From the human T2T-CHM13v2.0 reference genome, Homo sapiens: a stretch of 64,000 nt of DNA. The notes beneath the pieces are model-generated. The model made no database searches, was not told the DNA's origin, and saw only the letters and a program-made list of their open reading frames with translations. The DNA is taken from the NCBI GenBank assembly GCA_009914755.4, contig CP068257.2, positions 14,880,001 through 14,944,000 of the forward strand, in the 5' to 3' direction. A program made the position numbers and the translations under genes. How positions within the stretch are numbered: position 1 is the first letter of the stretch; the number at the start of each line of letters is the position of its first letter. Positions 1 through 19,801 of the stretch are shown here, piece by piece.

Positions 1-109
1 AAGATCTTGTTTTGTTATTTTCTAAAAGTTTTATAGTTCAATGTTTTACATTTAGGCCTGTGATCCATTTTGAGTTAATTTGTATGTAAGATGTGTTATG
101 TAGATCAAA

Positions 110-188
110 ATTCTCCCTCTCTTCCCCTTCACTCCCCTCCTCTCTTTATTTGTCTCTCTCTCTTCCTCTCTCTCTCTCTGTCTCTCCT
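110..188. repeat. CT-rich (polypyrimidine) simple repeat, (CT)n/(CTCC)n-like
   Basis: Direct reading: runs of ctct/ctcc between ~110 and ~188. Confidence 0.8.
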
Positions 189-255
189 GTGGCTGTCCAA
201 TTGCTGTGACACCATTTGCTGAAATGACTATCTTTTTTCTATTGAATTGGTTTTG

Positions 256-602
<347 letters not shown>

Positions 603-1516
603 CTAGGTTCCCTGTTCTATTCCGTTGATTGGTGTGTCTGTCTCTCTGCCAATACTGCCACACAGTCTTGATTAGAGTCACACAGTAACCTACTACTATT
701 TTTATTATTACTAATTTATTTTACATATATTATTAGGTCTAATGTTAGTATATTATACTAGTTAAAAATCAGTCTTTACATCAAATAGACTAATTCCTGC
801 TGCTATATATTTTTTCCCAAAATTGTTTCAGTTATTCTAGTTCCATTACATTTCCAAATACATTTGGAATACTTTTATCTATATCTATAATAAATCTTGC
901 TGGGGTTTTGGTCAGAATTGAATTAAACGTGTATATCAATTTGGAGAGAACTAACATCTTTGTTGAGACTTGCAATCCATGAACATAACAATATCTCTCT
1001 CCAGATCTCTTAGGTTTCTTATCAGCATTTTGCAGTTTTCATCACACAAGTCCTGTACATGTTCTTTTATCTACACCTAACCAGTTCATTTTTTTAGCAA
1101 TTCTAGATAATATTGTGTTTTTATCTTCTTGGCTTATTGCTGATCTTAGGGAGAAAGCATTTAGTTTTTTACCATTAAGTATAATGTTAATTATAGGATT
1201 TTTTTTGTAAAAGATCTTTATCGAGTTGAGAAAGTTCACCTGTGTTCCTAGTGGTCTGAGAATTTTTAGTCATGAATGGGTGCTGAATTTTGTCAAGCGC
1301 TTTTTTTTAATTTTTGCTTTGATTGATATTATTATGTGATGTTTCTTTTTTAGCCTGTTGATGTGGTGAATTGTACTGATTGATATTTGAATATTAAACT
1401 GGCTTTGCATCCCTAGAATATACCTCACCAGGTCACTGTGTACTAGGTTGGTGCAAAAGTGCTTGCCATTTTGGACCATGAATTTTGAATCATTAAAACT
1501 AGGCTCAAACACATCT

Positions 1517-2521
1517 GTATTAATCAAAGTAAGAACCATTACAATCAACACAATTTTGCCAACAAGAAATAAGTTTGTTTACTCCTGTAGCATAAAAATC
1601 CGTGCTTTGAGATTCGAGGAACTTTTGGAAAGCACTTTCTGCATCCTGCTGGTTGTGGAAGCGTTTTCCCTGCAAAAAGTTGTCAAGATGCTTGAAGAAG
1701 TGGTAGTCGGTTGGTGAGAGGTCAGGTGAATATGGTGGATAAGGCAAAACTTCATAGCCCAATTAGTTCAACTTTTGAAGCGTTGGTTGTGCAACATGCA
1801 GTCAGGCATTATTGTGGAGAATAACTCGGCCCTTTCTGTTGACTAATGCCAGCTGCAGGGATTACAGTTTTCAGTGCATCCTATCGATTTGCTGAGCAAA
1901 CTTCTCAGCTATAATGGTTTCACCAGGAATCAGAAAGCTGTAGTGGATCAGACCGGCAGCAGACCACCAAACAGTGACCATGACCTATTTTGGGTGCAAG
2001 TTTGGCTTGGGGAATTGCTTTGGAGCTTCTTCTCAGTCCAACCCTGAGCTGGTCATCACAGGTTGTTGTATAAAATCCACTTTTCGTCACACGTCACAAT
2101 CTGATCAAGAAATGGCTCATTGATGTTGTGTAAAATAAGTGAAGATGACACTCCAAAACGACGATTTCTTTGATTTTCACTCAGCTCATGAGACACCCAC
2201 TTATCGAGATTTTCACCTTTCCAATTTGCTTCAAATGCCAAAAGACCATAGAATGGTCGACGTCGAGTTCTTTGGCAACTTCTCATATAGTTGTAAGAGG
2301 ATCAGCTTCTCAATTGGTCATTGTTAACTCCCAATGGCCAGCCAATATGCTCCTCATCTTCAAGGCTCTTGTCTCCTGTGCAAAACTTCTTGAACATGAC
2401 TGTACTGTAGGCTTATTAGCAGTTCCTGGGCCAAATGTATTGTTGTCGTTGATGTATTACCCATTTTGAACTCAAATAAGAAAATTGCTTGAATTTGCTT
2501 GTTGATTAATGTTATTTCCAT
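1517..2521 (-). pseudogene. mariner (Hsmar1-type) transposase reading frame, decayed by frameshifts and stops
   Basis: The reading frame is split across the track ORFs 1520..1762(-) and 2056..2286(-) plus an unlisted N-terminal piece starting at rc 2521. The catalytic-region motif 'DEKW' and the C-terminal 'PPYSPDL...DYH' motif are both present. There is no continuous ~343-aa ORF. Confidence 0.8.
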
Positions 2522-2628
2522 AGTCTAAAATAAATGTAAAATAAACAGCAAGTAATAAGTCATTAGTAAAAAACATAAAGTGAGAAATGCCCATTAAAAT
2601 GATGTATAACATAACCACATTTATTTAA

Positions 2629-2952
<324 letters not shown>

Positions 2953-3209
2953 AAGAATGTATTTCAATACAAATGGCAAATTCCAACCATGTACTCACCT
3001 AATATAATTCTTTTTTATATATTGATGAATTTTATTTGCTAATATTTTGTTAAGAAATTTTGTGTCCATATAGATTCCTCCTCTTACACTGTCTTGTCTG
3101 ATTTAAGTATCGCAATAATGTCAACTTCATAAAATAAATTGTGAAACGTTCCCTCTTCCCTATTTTCTCAAAAAGTTTATGTAGAATTGGTGATAAAACT
3201 TTCAATAAT

Positions 3210-3551
<342 letters not shown>

Positions 3552-3611
3552 TTATCTAGGCCTGGAGATTTCTTTTTGAGAGAGTTGTTAAATTACATAT
3601 TCAATCTCTTT

Positions 3612-7900
<4,289 letters not shown>

Positions 7901-8254
7901 TTTAGTTGTACCTAGAAGGGGAATTAGAAAAAACTACGTCTACTCCATCTTTCTACAAGTGAAAGTCTCCCATTACTTTGCTTCTTTTTAAAAATTGTTT
8001 TTAATTGGGAAGACAGCATACAATTTTCACATCAGATTCTTTCAGGAAGTTCAACAGAATTATACAAAACTAACCATGAATTTAGTATTAAAAAGGAAAC
8101 CTTCAGACAGAGAAAACATCTCTAATTTATTTTTTAATATCCATTTTACTTCCACTTTGCAATTTCCATCGGTTTGTTTCTTGACAAGTTTGTCTCTTTT
8201 AGGACCTGCAACATCTCTGTTTAGTAGTGAGCTTTTCTCATTTAAAAGTACTTA

Positions 8255-8355
8255 CTGAAAGACTCCCACATGGGAGTCACATCAGTTTCTTTCACTGATG
8301 TTCTCCTATGCCTATCAGAAGGCCTGGCACATACTAGGACTTAATAAATAATCTG
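8255..8355 (+). mobile_element. MIR (mammalian-wide interspersed repeat) 3' fragment
   Basis: 'aaggcctggcacatactaggacttaataaataatctgctgaataagtgaatgag' matches the MIR 3' core 'gcctggcacatagtaggcgctcaataaatg...gaatgaatg'. Confidence 0.55.
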
Positions 8356-10859
8356 CTGAATAAGTGAATGAGAACTGGAAATTTAAATTTTTATGTCAAT
8401 GAATGTGTCATCTGCTTTCTTGTTTTGCTGAATCATGGGGCTTAAGTTTCTGCCAAGCACTCTTTAAATATGTGCTTAGGACACTAGCAGATTTGTCCAG
8501 AATTTTGCAATCTAGAAAAAAAGCAATTTTAATTTTAGCCCGTGTGTAAATTTTTAGTTTATGGTTTAGAATTGCATTATTTTGAATTACAAATGGGGAG
8601 GACGACATGATGGTTCTCACGTGTGTGTATGTGTGTGTACACATTCACTCCTATCGTTGCTAAAGAAAGTCACCTGAAGGACATGGCACAAAAACAACCA
8701 CAAACCATTTTTAGTTATGTTTCCTAGATGCCTGAATCATTTTTCAGATTTTTTTCTATTAGACAAGTCACAGTTTGATTATCTTTGAAAGTCATTGTTA
8801 TGTATTGTGCAGTGTATGTGTTTACACATGGAAAAGGGGCAACATTAATCCATCATTTGGGGAAGACACTGAATATAATGTTAAATTTTTTGCAAACAAT
8901 CATACTTTAGATAAAGATTCTCCAATTATTGCAACATTTTTAAAAAATAAAGTTAAAGGACATGGTTCTTTTTAGTGCCGCTCAGTATGTTTGGTTTCTG
9001 TACTAATAATGCTTGCTTTCCTGTTTGGCTTTAAATTCTGCTTAAGGAAATTGTGAAAAATTTAATTCACTCTACTTTTGTTAGAAAGTATAGAAATGTT
9101 CGTGCATGGGATTCATTGCCTGCTAGAATGGAAATTCATTGGGGAGGGGAACCATTTCATTTTACTACCTAAGAGCTGTTGACACAGTCCCTGCATCTTT
9201 CAAAGGCATCTTTCATGCCACGCGGGCAAACTGTAGCCAGCGAAGAAACAGAAAGAGCCCTTCTCACATATGTCAGTCTCAGAAAACTTGCATAGCAGCT
9301 GTGCTAGGTACCGATGAGGATTACTATAGACCCAGTTGCAGGGTTTTATGTGGATAAAGAGACAACTGGCTTTCTCAGGGGAGCACTTTGTTGGAGATTG
9401 CAGCAATAGTGCATCCCTGCTGTTGCTAGAAGACATTGTGACCATGTAGTACAAAATCAGTGCCAGATAAAATCAGAAAGTAACAAAAAGCAAGAAGAAA
9501 ACTCGGAGTTTTTTTAAATCTTAAAGTGAGAGACGAAAACAAATGTTCTGGGCTTGTTTCATTCACTTGTAAGGAAAAGGAGACAGATGAAGGGATGCCT
9601 TTAACTCAGAAAACTTGAAGGGCTTTCAGTCTTTTCATTTGAGAACCATTTGGGTGTGTTGAGAAAAAAAGTTGCCAGAGTAGGCATGTTCAGACCTTTA
9701 TTTGCTACATTTGGTAGGAAAGATTTTTTTTTTCCCCTCTTAACTACAAGAAGCCAGAGTTTTCTGTGCAAACGAAACAGGCGTTGCAAGAATCAGATTC
9801 ACTTTGGACGACTCTTCACATTCCAAGTCATCATTGCGTTAGGCAGCACAATTCCATCTCTGGTTGATGGGCAGAAAAAGTGGGCAGCTTGCCAGGTAGA
9901 CGTTTCCATGACTCCCAGCCCCCAAAGGTGATGCGTTTTTCAGCTAATTCAATGAAGAGTGGGCTGAACTTTGGGTCTAAACGAGACAATAGCTGCCTTC
10001 GCAGTATCAGCAGAATGGTTGATGGGAGTGCACTCTACATTTGGCAGAGAATCATGTGACCTTACGACTGAGATTTTGTGATGGTGCCAACGGAGACTTG
10101 GAAAGCAGCAACCGTCCTGACTTTTTTCTTCTTTTCTAACATGGCTCAGAAAATGGTGGATCTTAATACTTGACTTTAGCCAGACTCAGCAAGCGACTGA
10201 GCTTTGAAGCACAACTTCGCCTTTATTCTGGGTTTTTGGCAGGCCACCAGGAGGCTGTCCCTTTCACGCCTGATAAATTCTGCTGCTTATCTCTAAATAG
10301 AAAAAAAAAAAAAGGAAAATAATAATAGAATATTGAGGCATAACAAGTGAATTCTAAAATTGTATGTGCTTTTTGTTTTTTTTTTTTGTTTTTTTTTGCC
10401 TTTTCTGACTGGTGATTTGTATTTTTGTTTTATTTATTTATTTATTTTTTAGGTTACTACCTTTCTGCTTGTAGAAGAATCCAAGTAGTTGGGTCTTTTT
10501 TTTTTTGGTTTATAATGAACAGGCATTTGAACTGGGCAAACAGGACGACAGCAGCAGTGAGCATGAGATCATTGCATTGCAGCACTGTAGCAAACTGGCA
10601 CCCTGCCTTTGCACCCCTTTGGTTCAGGAGACAAACGTGTGTAATCCTCATTTCTAAAGTCAGCACAGCCTGGAAGGATTCCTGGTCTCTCCCACCTTCT
10701 ACCATTCTGCTGCCAGTGACGGCAAGGATTGGTGTAGCTTCTGCGCAGTGCTTTGTGCCTGGAATACCGAGAAGGAAGAAAAAGAAGACAAGCACCCTGG
10801 TCCTTTTCTAAGAAATTACAGGCGCCCTTGAAGAAAAAATCTGAGTGTGTCCTACTACA

Positions 10860-10873
10860 TGCAAGAGTGCTGG

Positions 10874-10904
<31 letters not shown>

Positions 10905-10985
10905 ACGCTCCTGCTCAAAAACAAAAACAAAAGCAAACAAACAAAAATCCAAACCAAAACAAACCAAAAAAAGCAAACATTGGCT
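10860..10985 (+). repeat. A-rich low-complexity tract (A28 followed by (CAAAA)/(CAAAC)n-like repeats)
   Basis: Direct reading. This tract is the source of the lysine-rich artefactual ORFs 10753..11028 and 10847..11038. Confidence 0.85.
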
Positions 10986-13900
10986 GTATAACTACAGAGA
11001 CATCGGGCTTTGTAAATCAGCTTTTTAAGGCAACATAACCAAATGAGCCTTCTTTATTTTTATTATTTCAAACCATATGGCATAATTAGCAATATATTGC
11101 ACTTGGTGAAATCGCACCTTTCATATCAGGTATAACTTTTTTTGTTGTTTTTCTTTTAAAGGCTACTGTTATATAAAAGGGAATCCTTGAACTTTTAATT
11201 TACTTTTATTTAACTCATTGCCCACTTTACTCTTATTAACTTTTTCCTTTTCCTCTCTTGCTCTAATCTTGATTAAAATAGAAACTTAAGGAAAGATAGA
11301 AAAATCTCTATGAAAAAGACAATACATGTTTTTATGTGGGGTATACACAGAAGTTTTGGAAAGATATTAATATATCTGTGCTTTTTGTGTCCAGTATTAG
11401 TTTTTGCTATCTAAGAAAAGTGAATGTTTAGACCTAGTGGGTAAAAAAAGTAAATCTTTCATGTGACTTATAATTTGAAATGTGAAAGAAGAAACTTTTT
11501 AAACTTGTAGAAAAGGGTTATATTAGAATATGCGTTGAATGACTGATAAATAAGATTGCTTTTGGGGAAGTTATATTCAAATTATTTACAAAGATTTCAG
11601 TAGAACAAAAATAGGAATGAGAAGAGCATGTTCTCAGTTGCTAGGTAGAAAAGAAGCTTCTTTCATAATAATATGCTCTTTTAAAATACATTTTAAAAGA
11701 AGTACTTGTCCTAGAGCAGTTGCAAAAAGCATTGGAAATATCAAGTGTATTAGAAAAAGTACATGCAAACTTGTTTTAAGTTCAGAGCAATGTATTGGCT
11801 CAGCAGATAACTGCATTGCATTATAATTATTTTGTCTGTTTGTAGAAGTAAATTGCTAAGCAATTTAAGCATTTTATTAAAAAAACAGTTTTGCCTGGTT
11901 CAGTGTGAAAGGATTAGCAGATGCATTCCAGCTATTTTAGTTTTGATAAAAAATGTTTCTAAACAAGTGTAAAAATAATTTTTAAAAGAGAATGCTTTTG
12001 AAAAATTCAGCAAGTATCAATGAAAACTATAATTTGCATACTAAGAATTGACGTTATAATATTTCGGTAAAAATATACTTTGGTAATCTGTTATGCTTTT
12101 AAAATCATATTTTCTTATATTACAAATATGTAGGGTAAACAATGAAAAATGTAGAACTGATTAATTCTGCCTTTGTGTTTGCTATTCTATGAACAATTAC
12201 AGGAAATTGCAAAATCCCTATATACTGATAACATTCAAATAAAACGTTCTGTTGGTTATTGTTCACTAATTATTTACAAAATAGCTCTTGTACCTCCATG
12301 CTGCCTCAGCTAATGGTACACCAACTTTCACTGGCTTAATTAATATTGATAAACCTGTTTCCATGTTTCAAGATCCGTTTAAAAACATTATTTTAAATGT
12401 TATTTTTAGCAGCCATTAATCTCTACACTCTTAATTATCTTATTAAGCTCCATGCCAAATCCAAATCTCTTTTCAGCTTTCGCTACTTCATTGTGCAAAA
12501 CCTAGTCGCTTCTTTAACAGCCATCGTCCTTTCACTTTCAAAACTGTTACTGTGAAAACAACACGAACCAAAATGAACGCATAAATGCAAACTATGAAAC
12601 CACTTTATATGTCATATGAGTAGCCTGGGTGGGGCCCTGTGAGTCTTCCAAGGCTTTAAAAAAAAAATACTTTAAAAGGTTTTGCCCATTTTGATATCGT
12701 GTTTTCTTCTCGATCGTCTACCCTCATTCCCACGATCCACTCAGATGCTCCTCCTAGACAGCAGTTGTCTGATATTTCTCCTTTTGTGGTTGTTTTAGGG
12801 AAAAACTTAAAATGGATATGAAAAGTGAAGAAAGTGATCATAGGAGAAAACCATTTCAGGTAAAAATAAAAAACAAAGAGCAAATAAGATTTACTGTTTT
12901 TAAAGAAAAACAACATTCTTTTGACTGTGTTTTGTTATAAGAATTAATTTCATATTCTTTATGAGTGTAACTGTTGAAATTTTATTGATGGTTTTCATTT
13001 GAAAATGTGTGCTATGACCTACCTTTGTGAAAAATTTCTTGTGGTCAATTGGGCAGTTTGTGTCCCATTGAATATATGTCTGTGTATCCATACGCTTAAG
13101 ATAGGTGCAATACGGTTTACTAGAAAGCTTTATAGGAAAAGAAAAAAATTATATTTTCTTATTTGTTGTACCATATAAAAGGAAGTGAAATCAGGAGGAG
13201 GGGAATAAGGTCATGCTTTTTCATCTTTTTTACATGACCTGATAAGACAATGAAACCAAAACATGCTTTCTTATAGTTATGGTAAAACTAAACCCAATGC
13301 TGCCTCTTATTTCACATTTGCATTTATAAATATATGTTGAAATATTTTTACTACAACTGAATGTATGATTGTTGATTATTTACTATAGTTTTTAATAATT
13401 ATGAGGACAATTTAAGAATAAATAATGGTTTAAAATTATGTAGAACACATGATCTATATAAAGGCTATAAAACGTATTTATTTCAAAATATGCAAAATCA
13501 CTAAGCAATTAGTATGTAGTATTATTTTACACAATAAAGATATAATTAGGAAATGCTAAGTGATTATAGATGTGAAATGATTAATGATTGTACAACTTAT
13601 CATTTTGTTGCAGTTGAGTTTACAATCTTAAAAAAACGTGTATGTGGCTGGCTTTATGTTTACTCGTTTGTGTGTTTGCTTGTTGTCTGGTGGTTTAAAA
13701 CATTTTTTAGTAATATTTTATTTTTGCCCAACCTGTTGACCAGATGAGAGTTGTATGTAGCCATGCATTTTAAGTGTATCTTTTTTGAACAATAAGTTTA
13801 AATATATTTTATTTAGGAAAGAAGATATCCTATGTCATGTAATACATCTGGAGTATAAATGTTAGTGTGGAGTATTAGTAATCATGCCATTATCGTGCCA

Positions 13901-16900
13901 TTTAGTTTAGTTTTATATTAACTCATCCAAATATTGTAAATTTTAGCACCATTCCGACTATAGACACAGATGTATATATTTAAGGCTGATAATAACTTCC
14001 TGTATTCTCTAGCTAGTGAACAAGATCTTACTGTTTTATGAGAAAGTTATAATGTTACCAATTCCTTGAAACCAGTAACTAAACTAGTTTTATAAAAATT
14101 AAAATAAGCACGGTCTAACTCATACACAATTAACTTAATAGTTAATTTGGTTTTAATTATAGGCTCGTAATACTACATTCATGCCTCACAATTATATAAT
14201 TCATACATGCATGTATGGATTCTTTTTTCTTTTAAAACTCAATTAGAATAGTTTAATTCCAAAATATTTACTATTGAAACAAAAGCAGTTCGTGAAAAAT
14301 TTTTCAATAAACTACTTTTTAAATTCTCATGCATATAAATTTGTATTTAGTTTTGAATATTTATGAAGGCCTTTAATGGAGAATATGCATCCTTAGAACT
14401 CAGCATTTAAAACATTTATACTAAAGGATCAATATTATTTTTGACTCTTAATTGCATCAGATATTTACAACAAATTCTATATTAATAGGGGGCCCATGCA
14501 AGATGTTGCCCATTGGCATAAACCCGTAGATCCGATCTTGTGGTGAAGTGGACCGCACAAGCTCGCTTCTATGGGTCTGTGTCAGTGTGGTAATCTGACA
14601 AAATGCTATACACAGTGCCGTTCAACAATAGTTCAGTAAAATCCTGTTAAACTCCAGTTGATTATATACTTTTGAAGTCATTATATTTTCCTTTGTTTTT
14701 AATGTTTATTTTAATCATTGTCTGTCTTACAAGGCAGGCTTCAATTCTCAACAACTTGGAAGCGTTTATATCACACCCATTCAAGTTCGATTCCATGTAC
14801 AGTAAATTGCATAAGAAAGTTGAACCTTTATAGCAGGGTTTGGACCAGGATCTGAATAGATTCTGTTCAGAAACTTCAGTGCATACTGTAGTGCTTAGTG
14901 TACCTCTTCAACTTCAGTAAGAAAATTAAAGACTACCATTGGATTTATATGTTTTTATTGAGCCTATTTCTCCTGAAAAAATGAGGCTGAATGCAATTGA
15001 CTTTTACTATTAATTGCGACTAGAACTATGGCAGGTTAGATGGTCAGAAGACATTTTACGTGACCTATGCTGGAAACCCAAGTGTTTAGGTTAGTCCTAT
15101 GAGAAACAGTTAGCAGCAAAGTTTACTGGTAAAATGTTAGAATATTATATCTATATCCTTGCCAAGCCCTTAGGTGTATGGCTGCCATATTTGGAGGAGC
15201 TGACTGAAGATATGATAAGGAGTTTGAAGCAACATTGGAAGCTGTGTGCATCCGGGTTGAGGTAGTAGGTTGTATGGTTTAGAGTTACACCCTGGGAGTT
15301 AACTGTACAACCTTCTAGCTTTCCTTGGAGCACACTTGAGCCGTCGAGGAATTCTTCATCACTTTAACCTGATTGAGCCAATTTGTGTGCAAGAAGGTAA
15401 TGTGTCATGAGTATCTTGGATCATTGATTTGGGCCTTTATTACATTAAAATGATCATTTCAGCCCTATTAGATTATTCCATTTGTATCTGCTTATGAACA
15501 ATGTCAAAATGGTATTTCTAATGGGTTGTCACTCCATGTTCAAACATTTTAAGAAAATTGTAGGTAGTGACTTAAATTGCATTAATATTAAAGCTTTTTA
15601 TCATCTATAGATTAACAAAATTCAGACCTTAATTTTCAAATGGATCATTGGTCTATTTATATTGGCTGCTTAGACACTATAATAAAAAATGTCTGCTAGA
15701 GTTAATAGCTCCCATAGCACATTATTTGCGTTTTCCTTATGACACATCACTTTCTACCTTATGTTATGGCTATTTATGTGCTTGCTGATTTTTTCCGCAC
15801 TAGACTGTAAGCCCCTTGAGGGCAAAGTCCATGTTTTATTTTTCACTGTATCCCCTCCAATGCCTTACTCATAATGAGCACTAACTATTTATTGGATTAG
15901 TGAATGGAGTGTAAGACCTCACTCTGTGATGAGTTTCTATTGAATATTTGAATGAGTTATGGCAGTGGTCAAACATCTGAGTTTTATTTATTGCTCCTAA
16001 AACTGTTTAAATTTAATTCCTGGACTGCTCCGCATCAGTAATACATGTGTCGATTTTTGACTGTGTTGAATGTGTTCATTCATTCTAAACAGATAAGTTA
16101 AAATTTAGAAGTACTTTTTATCTAGAATAAAAATAATAGAGTAAATTCATTTTTACTAATTAGTTCATGACAGTTTATGATCCTACACTTAGATAATTCA
16201 TATTTCTGTTGAATTTAAATACCTTTCTTTCCAGATGAATCGTTTTTCTTTTAGCATCAATTTCAACTAAATATTCTATTTTAAGTCTCATTTAACAATA
16301 TGATTTTTAAAAATTAGATTTGTGTCTTTTGTGTATTTCCCTCGTCTCCTGCCCTTTATTTTTGTACAGCTATATCTGTTGAATAAACCAGAAGCAACTA
16401 AACCAGAAACATGTCAATAAATTAATAATAAATATGTATATAAAGTATAATTTGAGAATGTGAACACATTTTTGTTTAAAGGAAAGGCACTTTATAATAT
16501 TCTTTGTGTTACAAAGCAAATGGGACTCTTTGGAACCTTAGTTTGCTGTCAACTTTAGCAGCTGTTAGTGGTGTAATTTGTGTAGTGAGGCTATCTTACA
16601 TAGATCATCTTTCAGACACAGGATTAAGTAGTTGTTGATGTTAGAACTTTAATTTAAGACTCCAAATATGAAACATGGAATTCATTAAAGAGACGTTTAG
16701 ATGCAAATATATATTAAGGACCTCAAGATACTGGCTATGTGGTGCTGACCTTTCTAGAATGCTCAGGCATCCAAAATATCTTAATACCTAGAACTTGCTA
16801 ACAATGTAGTGAAGAAGGAATGGCTACCCCCAACACGTAGAACATGTGAGCCTTAGAAAGTGAATACCAGTCACTTCAAGCAAAATAATTTGATTGGTCT

Positions 16901-17481
16901 ACAGTAGTAAAGACTCTTTCTCTCTGTGAAAGAAAAATATTTGCAAGGACTAATCAAGAAGCAATGAATAAGAGGCAGTAGACATAGACCTAAAACAAAC
17001 AAACAAAAAGACATGAAGAGATGAAAAGGAAAGTGACTCATAGCAAATAGGAACACCATTGTGTCTAATGATGGCAGTTCAACCCACGGATGAAAGAAAG
17101 GGACAACTAAATGGGTAAACAATTGTATCTTTATAAATAGTTTTTTCCTTGAGAGCCTAGGATCCCTTTCCTATGTGTTTCTATGTATGTATCTCCCAAT
17201 ACTAGGTGTATTTATTTAGAAGCCAAATCTATTGATGGGCCAAATAGAATATGATTGCCAATAAATGTCTATTTCCTTACAGTGTAATGGAGTTAAGTGC
17301 CTCACAGAGGTCAAGTAAGATGTGCAGTTTAAGGATAATCTTACAAAAGTACTATAATGAATTGTTAGAATTACAGCCTCTTTTATATACTATCACCTAA
17401 AGTGAATGAGTATAATAGAAGAATAATTGAAGAATGGTGAAGATGTCTCTATGATTCATTATGTTAGTTATGTAGAAATCA

Positions 17482-17970
<489 letters not shown>

Positions 17971-18361
17971 TTATAAATAAATGGCAAATGTCAGATATAG
18001 AAATTGATAGGATTTTTTGAGAAACCAAGATATAGGACCACTGCTGATGTCAGTAATTAAAAATAGTTAAATTATGTCTAAGAAATCAAAGCGAAAGATT
18101 GTTCATATAGAGGGCTTATGTTCAGCTATGGGGAAACAACTAACCAGACTGAATAATTTCCTTAAGAATTTTAAGTGGTCAAGTTTAACTGTAGACTGGG
18201 GTTTTCACATCTGGTAACAGAGTATGACAATTCAGGAAATTATTAAATATCAGTGAATCATACTTCGTTTAACCAATATTTCTTTTGATATTTTGGGGCA
18301 CAAAGTTGGATATGTCTTTATGTTCATACTGGTTGATTTACCTCAAATGCTTTGTGGGATG

Positions 18362-18428
18362 AGGCAGGAAGGAGTTTTAGAGTGGGAAGGGAGGGAGGGA
18401 GAGAAGAAGGGAAGGAGGGAAGAAAAGT
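18362..18428. repeat. GA-rich purine tract (GGAA/GGGA-type)
   Basis: 'gaggcaggaaggagttttagagtgggaagggagggagggagagaagaagggaaggagggaagaaaag'. Confidence 0.7.
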
Positions 18429-19801
18429 AAAATCAAGTGCAAAGCAATCGATTGAGCCTCACCAGAAAAGTCCATTATTAGATTATAAGAACTAATGAGA
18501 GAAAGTAACTATGAGAGAATCAGATAAATTACTTGGCAATTGGACTGGGTCTTTTTGAAAAACATCCAATAGTCCATGAACTATGTTATTAGAATAAATG
18601 AATGATTTCTGTAAATAATAATTTAGATTCTCTTATTCCCTATTATCAAATGCTGACTAATGAGCACAGGTGATTCCTCAAGATTACCCAAATGATCTGA
18701 TACAGGATTCCGTCTTCCTGAGCATTATTTCACACCCATGGCTAGTTTCTCTGCTACAGGATAGAGGAATAACTCCTGAGGTAACTTATCTTAACTCTAC
18801 CTATACTTGACCTCTAAAACCCTTTGGGAATGCTTGTGAAAGATATACCAGAAGAATACTTTATTCTTACTTTAATGCCTACTGCCCAAGCAAAACTAAT
18901 ACCTGTTATTATTATGTCATTTAACATGATAATATCATGTTCACCTACAAATCCTTTACTGATTCTCTAAGATAGAATTTCTCAGTTTTGAATCCTCAAG
19001 GCCCTTGCCACTTTCATTCCCACAGGGATTTCTCTGACTTCTATTAGTAGTATTTACAAGTGTCCAAAGGGACTGTGACTTGCCTTTGTACCTCTTGTAA
19101 TGTACATGCTTTACTTTTTTAACTATGGATATATTGAATCAATGCCTGTCGTCTTGAGTTGAACTTTAGATCATTTATGGGCAATGATGAGAACTGCTAC
19201 ACACCTTACGATAAACTTGGTTTCAGCAGTAAAGTCATGGGTTACCCAAGACATCTCTAGACTCTCCAGAATGTATTGTCATGGTATTAGGAGTATTCTA
19301 ACGGTGCCTAGGTCTGCAGCCCACTCTTGATTAAGCATGTGATATACCAGTGGAAATGATTTAGGCAACCAGCCAATCACTATAATTTGTAGTAAATCTA
19401 AGCCCCTTTATGTAAGAAATCCATGTCTGTTTCAAACTGACAGCTCCTACCATAATGTTTAGCTTATAGGATCCATTCACCACTCCATTTTGGTGAATGA
19501 GCAAAAATTTTTTAAACAAAATAAAAAAGTGTTATATATTGGAGCAATTCTATATTTAAGTAGACTTCTTCAAACTTTTAAAGTTTAGAATTTAAAATAA
19601 ATTAGAAATATCACTTTTGGGGGGAATTCTGTTTGATGATAATTCTTTTTTTTTTTTTTTATAAGCCATAATTAATATAGATTTAATGCATTTTTCCATG
19701 TATTACATGATTTAAGTACAGTCTTCAAAAGTGAAGGAGTCTTTACTTGAAAGATGTTAAAGTGTATATGTTTGTGACTCTAGAATTTTCTTTTTTTGTT
19801 G

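Noticed and set aside
9650-9931. 93-aa plus-strand ORF in the repeat-free block
   Set aside because: R/K/F-rich composition with no domain-like pattern and no Kozak context. It is more likely a chance ORF in non-coding DNA.
10753-11038. Two overlapping lysine-rich ORFs (…[35 protein letters not shown]…) resembling a histone or HMG-like basic protein
   Set aside because: They are translations of the A28 run plus (CAAAA)n low-complexity tract and have no real protein composition.
14470-14620. Possible U6 snRNA pseudogene (shared 'ggggcccatgc' with the U6 3' region reverse complement)
   Set aside because: Similarity to U6 ends after ~11 nt. Nothing else matched U1, U2, U4, U5, 5S, 7SK, 7SL, Y or vault RNAs as I recall them. 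It is kept only as an unexplained GC island in the findings.
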